Shown here one piece after another: positions 28,601-35,183 of a stretch of DNA of 64,000 nt (positions are counted from its first letter, which is position 1; every line of letters starts with the position of its first letter). The notes beneath the pieces were generated by a model that saw only the letters and a program-made list of their open reading frames with translations, was not told the origin of the DNA and did not search any database. Source of the DNA: Acidobacteriota bacterium (GTDB taxonomy: Bacteria > Acidobacteriota > JAAYUB01); assembly GCA_040768985.1 (NCBI GenBank), contig JAXGLX010000002.1:4485871-4549870 (forward strand), in the 5' to 3' direction. The translations under genes were made by a program, and so were the position numbers.

Positions 28601-30341
28601 GAGTGTCGAATTCCGGGACGGCCCGGAGCTGCTGGGAACGGTGGCGCTGGACGGCAATCTCGCGGTGTCGATCACCCTCGCTGCCCCGGAAGCGGGGACC
28701 CTGATCGTTTCCGCCGCTTACTCGGGTGACGGGGAGTTCATGGGAAGCAGTTCCGATCCGCTGGACCTGGAGGTGGCGGAGCCGCCGGCGGTGACCCTGG
28801 ATCCGATCCCGACCACGGTCGGATCGTGGGCGAGCGCCGCGCTCACGGTGGAATACTCGGGGACGGAACCCGTCTCGATCCAGTGGTACGAGGGAGCCAG
28901 CGGCGACACATCCCTGCCGGTGCCGGGAGCGACCGAGGCCACCCTCGCCACTCCGGCGGTGGACTGGGATACCGGCTACTGGGCCCGGTTGCAAAACGAC
29001 TGCGGCCAGACGGACAGCGCGGCGGCGGCCGTGACGATCCGGAACACCTATTACCTGGCGCACGTGGCCATGGACGACTTGTGGTGGACGTCACTGACGG
29101 CGGTCAACTGGAGCGAACACGATCACCCGGTGGTCTTGGAGGCGTTTGGCGCGGACGGCACTTTGCTGGAAACGCGCACGCTGGATCAACTGGGTTCCCG
29201 GTGCCAGTTGGCGCAGGACGCGTCGGAGTTGTTCTCCGCGGAAACGCTGGCGCAGGACGTCTGGGTGAGAACCACCACCGCTTCGGACCTGAAGGGCCTC
29301 GTGGCGTTCGGGACCACCGACGGGGAAACCCAGGCCAACCTGCCGTTCCTGAAGGCGGCGTCCTTCCACTCGGCCTTCCCCTACGTGGTAACGGGGGTGG
29401 CCGGCTGGTACACCGGACTGACCTTGGTGAACACCGACGAGACGCCGGCTTCGGTCCGGCTGACCGCTCGGGATGAAGACGGCGGCATCCTGTCGGAGCA
29501 GGCAGTCGCCATCCCGGGCTATGGGAAGTACGTCCGGTTTCTTGAGGAGATTTTCCCGGACGTCGCCGATCCGACGCGGCTCCGAAACGTCCGGGTGCTT
29601 TCGGACCGGCGCCTGGTGGGATTCGAACTCTTCTGGAACCTCGACCTGGCGGGCCTCGCCGGATTGCCCGCTGTGTCCATGGACGAATTGCCGCCGGACG
29701 GCGGCACATACGATCACTTCTTCAACGAGATCCCGGATTCGGGTAGTTACTATACCGGCATCACCTTCGTGAATCTGGATCAGGCGCCGGCTGCCATCGC
29801 CGCCGCCGCCTTCGATGCGGCCGGATCGCAGTTGGGGACGGAATATCTTGAACTGCCTCCCGGCAGCCAGTTGACCCGGGAGCTGCAGGCCGTGTTTCCG
29901 CCCCCGGACTATGCCGCGGCCGCGTACATCCGCTGGGACGCCCCGCAGCGCGTGACGGGTTTCGAGCTGGTGCTGACCCGGGATGGAGAATTCCTGTTCG
30001 ACGGCCTGGTGGGAGGGCTGGAACCCTGGCACCGGCTGGTGTTCCCGGCGGCCTCGCCCTCGGGCGGTTCAGTGCGGCTGCGGCTGACGAACCAGGAGAA
30101 CCTCCACCTGAATCTGGAGATCACGGCATACGACGCGGCGGGGGTGGCGCTGGCCACCCGCCCGGCAGACCTCGACGCGTACCAGTTGCTGGACCTGAAC
30201 CTGGGAGCCGACCTGGCGCCGGTGGCGGCGGAGATCGCCTGGGTGGAAGTGGAAGGCGACGGCCTGATGGTGGGCGACGCGTTCATCATCTCGGCCGACG
30301 GAAAGCGCCTGGTCATCTATGCCGGCTTTCCGGCGTGGTGA
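19665..30341 (+). CDS. Giant (3558 aa) secreted/cell-surface multi-domain protein: DUF11-like repeats, CARDB-like domains, YWTD-type six-bladed beta-propeller, seven Ig-like repeats, C-terminal repeated beta-sandwich-like modules
   Basis: Single uninterrupted track ORF; signal-peptide-like N-terminus; YWTD-like blades (KIYWTD, KMYWLE, LLYWTD, RLYFAQ, MLIFSD, TVYYET); repeated PNPSVFG...VTLTA Ig-like units; CECxxxDN motifs ending CARDB-like units. Confidence 0.85.
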   Translation: MFRSSLTRHGSFFTGQERTDRRQRPAGRVGRCGFAVGIVFIALARLGAQDLEIAGDPSINRCEAKVYTLTLQNDSGNPLTRLVASADLSLLTGFSYVPGSTSIWVNAEPVFCTADPAAGGGSLIWDLDALCGPTVGLDDGDTLSVTFQLQTACAAVSGSLGSRFNYDIAGTPSEILAARAIQVLPGRLSIRKTPSVISQEVGQNVTWTIAVENTGLGTVRNVVVTDGLGAGLEYVASSPAGLNAGPTTRWDAAQVPGLALMVPGDIITLDVTVKVIACTGLDNSADARWGCNPATDCFDTAVDGGTATAVVQRIPRSPSLSLTPPDIGFSYCEDSGPQALSVENIGDGTARAVELWIDFSPLAVAASSVPYNAAGYFELPDIAAGGRVDVTFTLAYAGWCGGADLAGTLIWQPRYADDCGGAYFAPVEYSEILPATGTPGLSVDVTGAPDVISIGDAVTYAVTSNYSGTLNCGAGSVGAVTVTDTVPAGFTVVDAGGGTWVPGAGGTGGAVTWAYLPPATLATTLTLQAPLRDECETWCFTTFANSVEASVTDCCGCEHTAAASQSSAIVCEELVMVTRTATPATAERCSNILYTNMYAFDGSAGALLNELVFTERADHQQQYVPGSLTVTFDGGDVTGCVLVTDTTPGGTLTLDFSGCAAAAVGAKALVITYQLTITEATAAACGGTEFYAWSALQQGSTGSQCLVDGTIYEAVAVAVEAPAMSLRLSGLSTVVDRCRTETVTLTLAQTSMAANPRDVRLVLSGLNYYVVNPSAAICAGDVSPISCTPALVGDDFVWYFGDGFTGAGQSCVLQFQVQKRCSGGGSLEATAFFDDRCHDDGVYDDTCSVSGGLTPAAIRGGDLLVEVSPEVYQAASSSVEWKVFVTNRGAGTAANVWVDHFLGAGLDFSSAVVDDMTGVTVTADMDHTGGAVNGATVAIDALAPGERREISFHAVLIDTFNLTLDVAAAWGCVGVDCQSAVRDSSTVETLTPMLVDTAVVTTPVDACGGSTGTLTLRNAGQTACYNGQVTETLPAGLRYVSGTTRWRVNGGAWNGPDAAYDPNPTVSPLRWTATGIPGLAVLNPGDTLDVDYDLSADCPFTGGPVTVTVSYEDPGGQVINNPASTFSVAFRAPDLRVTKTRADQPVSCGELIEWTIAVENQSGYTLPIVWVEDTLDAAFTFNSSVGDPPYTADDGTFDGVNRVSWELSYLGPGETAILTLRASLDSSPCSPDLDNTVRAWWGCGTADGSSATQPGVDPPDNGLCLNPTPVSYVRTETRQPSLTDFAVGLSPASIDACNGGTEVTFACANTGTTDAFLLDVEISLPAGLTYNPGTARLYVGADGTGATTPIADPAVSGNRLIFFDTADKVNNLVDVLQAAGGSDTLVLKFELRSDCFFAADLGYAVRFYDCCGDTQYQLSGSQTVPALNPELTVTQAPASAQIACGGQQAWTITVTNTGAGNAQVVRIEDTPGAWITVDPGASTAGLTDLGSGKWGWEINDLASGGAQVFTLAGTLNPAGNGCDASRRENNVRAVWGCGTAGDATDGDPLTQSYDCTSAVWATAPTAILRLPNLAVGAVAPAAACAADGSFTGSIAVSIVNAGDGSTGGGFLIQAADGQGWTGTFACANILAAGETLNLDIPGSSWSPAWVPACTPCAAASPYSFTVVLDPTGAVCECDESDNALAGILFDVHRPELAVTDIDFALVACSGDQVAGAIRVRVDNTGCADAAGVVVRLTADCGLTFGDQITNVPAGSHTLAEFPIVDGAWNDCADETCAFTVAVDPAGLICECVSGGDTLGPVTHTLSLPDLEVTDIELGALSCDSGVVSGSASVTVRNAGSGAAGAFSVSLSTPAGLAFTDQPVAALAAGESITLVFPAAGSLPDCCLCAADFTAAADAAQAVCECRGDNNVRTVRPAAADKIYWTDESAGAIQRAEADGASVEAVLAGLAGPRAVTLDGTGGKMYWLEPAGGVLRRSNLDGTDPETLLDSLSAPVALALDPAAGLLYWTDAAGVHRAGLDGADPENLIPSVTDAAGIAVDSITGRLYFAQPDGRIRGANLDGNDLQEVIAGLGSPFGLALDIRNGMLIFSDPLTGLIQRIYPDGTGLTTVLGGLESAVGCLALNAEAETVYYETRGAAIRRVGLDGAGDAAIVDGLDQSGGVAVLKLNTAPTATEMNQTRDYLQGAATVPLNDIVVTDPDFCDTVMAVLILADPSLGGLSDSSGHGETYDAAAGRWTVTGSVADVNAALADVAFLPVPDNPDAETVTVRIRDASGAGPADGAVVLGVIPYPVISGSVRLNGAGVAGVAMNGLPGGIATDASGGYSAVLPHDWSGTVTPDLAGYHFTPSSRTYANVAVDQPDQDYTATAATAAVLVSEPNPSVFGDPVTLTVTVSSAAGPPPGTVRFLDGAVEIGSGTLSAGAAAFSTSLLSGGLHVLTAAYDGSPGYETSVSPPVNHPVNPAATATNLSSAPNPSVFGDAVTLTAVVSSGAGTPSGTVTFFEGATVLGSQALAGGVATVVIPSPPGGIHGYSAAYSGNADHQPSASAVLNHLVQPAPTATTLSSAPNPSVFGVAVTLTAVVVSPVPAPAGSVAFRDGVVVLGTVVLSGGGTAVFTTSALTGGTHSLTAEYLGTANHAASTSPAVLQTVRRAATATTVSSSVNPSRYGQPVTFTAAVAGPGSPPTGTVVFRADGADLGPAVPLSGGMAVLTTSDLAVGGHTITAHYRPMADPNHLPSEESLTGGQNVVKADTTTALTTSRSSRYGEAVNLTAVVAVIPPGSGMPSGTVTFFDGVTTLGTGTLSGGTATFTTTALAVGPHQLAARFEGNASLNPSVSPSTFHRVYMALTGTVLAAAPNPSHRGQTVTFTATVTATPPGAGTPTGTVTFRDDGVALGSAPLSNGTATWATAQLTMGTHPITAGYSGDENFRSSDSEILSQAVERAETATTLHVSPSPVCPGGTVTLTAMVSVVPAGEGTPTGSVEFRDGPELLGTVALDGNLAVSITLAAPEAGTLIVSAAYSGDGEFMGSSSDPLDLEVAEPPAVTLDPIPTTVGSWASAALTVEYSGTEPVSIQWYEGASGDTSLPVPGATEATLATPAVDWDTGYWARLQNDCGQTDSAAAAVTIRNTYYLAHVAMDDLWWTSLTAVNWSEHDHPVVLEAFGADGTLLETRTLDQLGSRCQLAQDASELFSAETLAQDVWVRTTTASDLKGLVAFGTTDGETQANLPFLKAASFHSAFPYVVTGVAGWYTGLTLVNTDETPASVRLTARDEDGGILSEQAVAIPGYGKYVRFLEEIFPDVADPTRLRNVRVLSDRRLVGFELFWNLDLAGLAGLPAVSMDELPPDGGTYDHFFNEIPDSGSYYTGITFVNLDQAPAAIAAAAFDAAGSQLGTEYLELPPGSQLTRELQAVFPPPDYAAAAYIRWDAPQRVTGFELVLTRDGEFLFDGLVGGLEPWHRLVFPAASPSGGSVRLRLTNQENLHLNLEITAYDAAGVALATRPADLDAYQLLDLNLGADLAPVAAEIAWVEVEGDGLMVGDAFIISADGKRLVIYAGFPAW

Positions 30342-30414
30342 GTCTGGAGGAGTGGAATATCCTGAACCGTCGGGGCGTCCGGCCTGGTTGGGGCGGGAAC
30401 AGCCCACCCGGAAT

Positions 30415-30520
30415 GCTGCCCCCGCTGGCGTGCGATTTCACTGATGACGAGTCGCTGGACGCGGCGGACCTGCTGATCCTGGACGCCTACTTCGCCGGCC
30501 GCCGGACCGCGCTTCACTGA
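30415..30520 (+). pseudogene. Dockerin-like C-terminal module fragment, out of frame (+2) with the giant ORF
   Basis: Track ORF 30335-30520 tail ...LPPLACDFTDDESLDAADLLILDAYFAGRRTALH matches the C-terminus of the 17748-19109 product. Confidence 0.5.
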
Positions 30521-30700
30521 CCGGGCCGGTGTCGGGATCACCGGCCGGGCCGCGGACCGGCGGGCTCCGGTGATTCACGCGCCGCTTACTTCACCACCAC
30601 CTTGAGCAGCGTGCCGGCCGGCAGGGCGGCGTCGAGCTGGACGCCGTTGAGGATCGCCGCCGCCTCAAGCTTGTCCGCGGCCACGCCCAACCGCTGGAAC
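30423..30700. repeat. Right copy of the ~275-bp diverged direct repeat
   Basis: Aligned by eye to 19011-19285. Confidence 0.8.
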
Positions 30701-32067
30701 GCCTGGCGGGCGGTGCCGGCCGCGGCGGTTTTCCGGAGCGTCAGCTTGTTCGGCTTGGCGTTGAGCTTCGCCGGATCCGTCAGGTTGTTGAAGCCGGCCA
30801 TGGTTTGCTTGAACACGGAAAAGTAGCGGTCGAACAGCGACGGGTCGGTGTAGCTGTGGAACACGTAGACGTACTTGTCCTTCTGAATGAAGGACGACGC
30901 GACGCGGATGTTTCCCTGCTCCAGCGCGACGTCGGAGACCAACTGCTGTGCGAGCAAGCCGTTGATCCGCGCGGCTTGTGATTGAAGGATGGACGCCTGG
31001 CTCTCCTGCCGGAACGCCTCCGCGGCCGCCGCCGGCGAGGCGCCGGGGGCCATGGAGAACAGGATCACCGCGTCCTGCTGCGCGGCGTAGAGCTGCACCT
31101 GGGCCGCGGTGTTGTTCACCTTCCAGCCCGAGGGCACCGGGAACTGGAACGCGAGCTGGGGATGATAGAAAGTCTGCCCCTCGACGTAGCCCTGGCGGGG
31201 GTCTTCGCCGAAGACGAGCCCCTCGAGGCGGCTGAGGTACCCGTCGCGGTTGGTGACGAACGCCGCGCCTGCCAGCTTTTCCTGCCAGACCTGGGCGTCG
31301 CGCCGGATGGCCGCGATCCGGTCCGGAGGGTTGGGGTGGGTGGAGAACCAGCCGGGCAGGCCGCTGCGGTCGGAGCCCGGGTTGAGCCGCTCCAGCGTGA
31401 CGAACATGTTGGCCATGTGGTTGGCGTCAAACCCGGCCCGGGAGGCATACTCGACGCCCAGGGCGTCCGCCTGGCGCTCGTCGTCGCGGCTGAACTTCAG
31501 GAAGAGCATGCTCAGCCCCAGTTGGGCGATGCCGGCGTACTTCTGGAACGTCTCGGAGAACATGCTGCCCACGCCCAGCCCCAGCATGGCCAGTTGCGCC
31601 TGGCTGTACTGGCGCACGCTGTGGCGCGCCGCGATGTGGCCGATCTCGTGCGACATGACGCCGGCCAGCTCCGCCTCGTCGTTGAGGTAGGAGAGCATCC
31701 CCCGGGTCAGATACACGTACCCGCCGGGGACCGCGAAGGCGTTCACCACGTCGCTGTCCACCACCTGGAGGGTGTAGGTCAGGTCCGGCCGGTGGCTCAG
31801 CGCGCCCAGCTTGTGGCCCAGCGCGGCCACGTAGGCGTCGAGTTCCGGGTTGTTGTACTTGCCGTACGTCTGCAGGATCTCGGGATCGAGCTGCTTGCCC
31901 AGGGCGATCTCGTCGGCGGTGGAGACGAGCATCAGCTCCCGTTTGCCCGTGACCGGATTCTTCGCGCAGGACATGCTCCAGATCACCAGGGTGGCCGCCA
32001 CGACCACGGCAGCGGTCCGCCAAACGATGGAACGACGCATCGCGCACCTCCTGATAGTGGGAACCAA
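30586..32067 (-). CDS. M48-family zinc metalloprotease with C-terminal extension
   Basis: Track ORF 493 aa; HEIGH zinc-binding motif; N-terminal signal/lipobox-like region; alternative start at MRRSIV (32040). Confidence 0.85.
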   Translation of the reverse strand: MVPTIRRCAMRRSIVWRTAAVVVAATLVIWSMSCAKNPVTGKRELMLVSTADEIALGKQLDPEILQTYGKYNNPELDAYVAALGHKLGALSHRPDLTYTLQVVDSDVVNAFAVPGGYVYLTRGMLSYLNDEAELAGVMSHEIGHIAARHSVRQYSQAQLAMLGLGVGSMFSETFQKYAGIAQLGLSMLFLKFSRDDERQADALGVEYASRAGFDANHMANMFVTLERLNPGSDRSGLPGWFSTHPNPPDRIAAIRRDAQVWQEKLAGAAFVTNRDGYLSRLEGLVFGEDPRQGYVEGQTFYHPQLAFQFPVPSGWKVNNTAAQVQLYAAQQDAVILFSMAPGASPAAAAEAFRQESQASILQSQAARINGLLAQQLVSDVALEQGNIRVASSFIQKDKYVYVFHSYTDPSLFDRYFSVFKQTMAGFNNLTDPAKLNAKPNKLTLRKTAAAGTARQAFQRLGVAADKLEAAAILNGVQLDAALPAGTLLKVVVK

Positions 32068-32190
32068 CCGATGATCCTATTATAGTACTTTTGTGGCGTG
32101 CTCACCCGAAATCAGGGGTTCCGGTTCCTGTCGAACGGGGGTGGCGATGACGGTCGTGACGCCGGTGGCCCGTCATCAGGTGGCGGTTTC

Positions 32191-33108
32191 TTAAGGGCCG
32201 AGCACCAGGCCCAGACGGGCGGCGTCGTATGCCGGCGTCGCGCCGGAACGCGATGCCACGTAGGCAGCCAGCCGGCAGGCGTCGGCCAGGACCGCCGGCC
32301 AGGGGGGCGTCGCCCGGGCGGTCAGGGCGGCGGCGAGCACGGCGGTAAAGGCGTCGCCGGCTCCCACCGTGTCACGGACGGTCACCGGCTCGGGCCGGCA
32401 GCGGTGCCAGCGTCCGTGATCCAGGAGGATCGCGCCGTCGGCGCCCAGGGTGACGCAGATCCGACGGCATCCGGTGCGCCGTTGCAGCGCCGCGACGGCC
32501 GCTTCCAGGGGGGTGCCGGCAGCGGCGCCCGACAGCACCAATAGCTCCTGCCGGTTGAGCTTGAGCAGGTCCGCCCGGCGGGCGAGCCGCAGGGCCCGGG
32601 CCCGGTCATCATGGGGGGGGCGCAGGTTGATGTCGCAGATGCGGATGGCCGCGGTTGCTTTCAGTAGCCGGGCCAGCGTTCGCCGGTTCGGGGCCTGGCG
32701 GAGGGCCAGGCTGCCAAAGACGACGGCGTGCGGATTCTCAGCGGCGATCGCCGCTGCACCGCTGGGGTTGGGAATCCGATCCCAGGCGGCGGGTTCGGCG
32801 ATGGTGAAGCGGGGGTTGCCGTCCGCATCCAGCGAGACGCGCACTGTGCCGGTGGGCAGGTCCCGCCGGATCGCCACGGCCCGCGTGTCCACGCCGAGGC
32901 GGTTCAGGGTGGCCAGCGCTTCGGCGCCCGGGCCGTCGTCGCCCACCGCCGACACCGGCAAGGCCCGGCGGCCTAGACGGCGCAGGTGTACGGCCACGTT
33001 CAGGGGTGCCCCGCCCATGAACCGGCCGGTGGGCAGGTGGTCCCAGAGGATCTCGCCGAAGCAGAGGATCGGTCCCGTCGGCGGACGCTCGCCCGCGGCC
33101 CGGTTCAT
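32191..33108 (-). CDS. PfkB-family carbohydrate kinase (fructokinase-like)
   Basis: In-frame part of track ORF 32191-33795 from MNRAAG; GAGDAF-type PfkB motif (DTVGAGDAFTA); ATGA overlap with the upstream gene stop. Confidence 0.8.
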   Translation of the reverse strand: MNRAAGERPPTGPILCFGEILWDHLPTGRFMGGAPLNVAVHLRRLGRRALPVSAVGDDGPGAEALATLNRLGVDTRAVAIRRDLPTGTVRVSLDADGNPRFTIAEPAAWDRIPNPSGAAAIAAENPHAVVFGSLALRQAPNRRTLARLLKATAAIRICDINLRPPHDDRARALRLARRADLLKLNRQELLVLSGAAAGTPLEAAVAALQRRTGCRRICVTLGADGAILLDHGRWHRCRPEPVTVRDTVGAGDAFTAVLAAALTARATPPWPAVLADACRLAAYVASRSGATPAYDAARLGLVLGP

Positions 33109-35174
33109 GATCCGGCCACCTGGAGTTCGTGGCAGGTCCGGATGAACTCCGCTGCCGACCAGGCCTGGTAACGTTTGCCCATGGGCCGTCCCGTCACTCC
33201 GTGGGCCCATTCGTTGAATTCCCACTCCCCGGCGATGCCGGTCCGGTTGAGCTCGGCCAGTCGGACCAGCTCCTGGCGAGCGAGTTCGGGGAGGCCGATC
33301 CGGTGGATGAACCGGACCCACTGGGCGCCGATGAACGGCCACACGCCGCCGTTGTGATAGTGGTGGGGCAGATTCATCAGGTTGACGGTGTAATACCGGC
33401 GCCAGTCCGGGTCGCCGCCCGTCACCACCGGGTAGAGGTTGGCCACCGGGAAGGGCTGGTTGACGCCCACTCCCCACATGAAGCGGAACGCCTGCCGCGC
33501 CTTCTCCAGATCCAGCACCCCGTACAGGAAGGCCATCACGTTGCCCAGGACGTCGCACCGCCAGCTGTAATCGAACGGAGTGACCTGGGCGATCAGGTAG
33601 CGGGCATCGCCCAGCGCGAACTGCTGGTCGGCGAAACTGGGCCCCTCGCCGGGAGCGGGCTGGCTGGTGCTGGGCCAGAAGTGAAGCAGGATTTCCTTCT
33701 TGATCACCTGGGACCAGCGCAAGTAGTCGCCGGCCCGGGCATCTTCCCCCAGCAGCTCCAGCATCCGGCCGAAACAGATGTTGGCGCGGTACCACAGGAT
33801 CTCATCATAGAGCACGTTGTAGCTCCGGCCGAACAGGTCGGTCCAGTCACCGGCTTCGGGGATTTCAAGAAGGGCGTCGTTGTTGCCGTCGTGGGCGCTG
33901 AGCCAGTCCATGGCCCGCTGCAGGCGGCCGGCGTGCCGGCGCAGGAACTCCAGGTCATGGGTCGCCTTGGTGTACTCGTAGCAGGCGATGACAAGCCACA
34001 GGCCGCTGTCGATGGAGCAGATGCTGCCGATCCCCGAGTAATCGGGCCGGCCTGAATCGATGGCCACGTTGGTGGGGATCTGCCCGTTGGGCGACAGGTT
34101 GCCCAGCAGGGTCTCCAGGGTGGCGAGCTGGCACCGACGGATGGACTCGTCGCCGGCGAGCGGCAGCGATCCGCACACGGCGATGGAACCATCCCGGGCC
34201 CAGACGCTCCGGTAATTGATGTCGGTGCCCGAGGGATCGTTGTCGGGCAGCGAGCACGCCGAAAAGCCAACCGAGGTCACGTTCCTGCGCAACGCCTCCA
34301 CCGCCCGCCCGTAGGCCAATCGGATGAAGGCCTCCTCGTTGCTGACCGGTCGTTCTGTCCGGCCGTGATCGGGCAGAAAGGGAACCTGGCCCGCGTCGGT
34401 CTCGGTCTCCGGTAGTTTCGCACCGGCGGGGAACACCTGGTAATGGCTCAATCCCTCCACCACGCCCCGGGCGCAGGGCGCCGCCGCGTGGTAAAAGGGC
34501 CGGTGCTTGGTGGCCTGGTACAGTTCCGGCTGGGCGTTGCCCACCACGATCCCCTTGACCTGATCGATGAGGAACATGGCCAGGTCGTTGCCGCTGTCAC
34601 CGGCCACCAGGACATGATCGGCTCGGATCTTCAAGTGGCGGATCAGCCAGCGCAGGGCATTGCCCTTGTTCGCCCAACGGGGCAGAATGTCCAGGTGGAG
34701 GGAACTGGAATACACCACCACCACGTCCAGCCCGGCTTTGGTCAGCCGCTTTTCGACCAGGGCCAGTTGCTGGGGCTCGGCGTTTTCCAAAAACCAGCTG
34801 GATTTGAACCGGTTCTGAAAATGGTTGGGCTGGCGGGTGATGGGCAGGTCCACCTGGCGGATGATCCCGTCCACCCGGGCCAGGTTCCATCCCTCTTCCA
34901 GGATTTCTGAAAACTCCTTGATGAGGCGGCCCTGGCGGCGGTCGAAGATGCCCGTGCCGACGCCGGCGATGATGAAATCGGCCTCCGGCAGCCCCTCCTG
35001 CCGACAGACGGCTGCGGTGTCATCCAAAAGCCGGCCCGTGTTGTAGCAGAGCAGGGGCCGCCGGCCGGAATCGAGCGCCTCCCATTGCATGCGGAAGAAA
35101 TGGGTGGCGGGCGGATCACCCAACAGGGTGCCGTCCAGATCGGACGCAAACAGCTTGATCGTGGCGGTGCGCAT
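33105..35174 (-). CDS. Fusion protein: N-terminal HAD-type sucrose-phosphate-phosphatase-like domain, C-terminal (alpha/alpha)6-barrel glycoside hydrolase-like domain (GH100 neutral-invertase-like)
   Basis: Track ORF 689 aa; HAD motifs DLDGTL and GDSGND; C-terminal glycosidase-like blocks. Confidence 0.7.
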   Translation of the reverse strand: MRTATIKLFASDLDGTLLGDPPATHFFRMQWEALDSGRRPLLCYNTGRLLDDTAAVCRQEGLPEADFIIAGVGTGIFDRRQGRLIKEFSEILEEGWNLARVDGIIRQVDLPITRQPNHFQNRFKSSWFLENAEPQQLALVEKRLTKAGLDVVVVYSSSLHLDILPRWANKGNALRWLIRHLKIRADHVLVAGDSGNDLAMFLIDQVKGIVVGNAQPELYQATKHRPFYHAAAPCARGVVEGLSHYQVFPAGAKLPETETDAGQVPFLPDHGRTERPVSNEEAFIRLAYGRAVEALRRNVTSVGFSACSLPDNDPSGTDINYRSVWARDGSIAVCGSLPLAGDESIRRCQLATLETLLGNLSPNGQIPTNVAIDSGRPDYSGIGSICSIDSGLWLVIACYEYTKATHDLEFLRRHAGRLQRAMDWLSAHDGNNDALLEIPEAGDWTDLFGRSYNVLYDEILWYRANICFGRMLELLGEDARAGDYLRWSQVIKKEILLHFWPSTSQPAPGEGPSFADQQFALGDARYLIAQVTPFDYSWRCDVLGNVMAFLYGVLDLEKARQAFRFMWGVGVNQPFPVANLYPVVTGGDPDWRRYYTVNLMNLPHHYHNGGVWPFIGAQWVRFIHRIGLPELARQELVRLAELNRTGIAGEWEFNEWAHGVTGRPMGKRYQAWSAAEFIRTCHELQVAGS

Positions 35175-35183
35175 GGAACGGCC

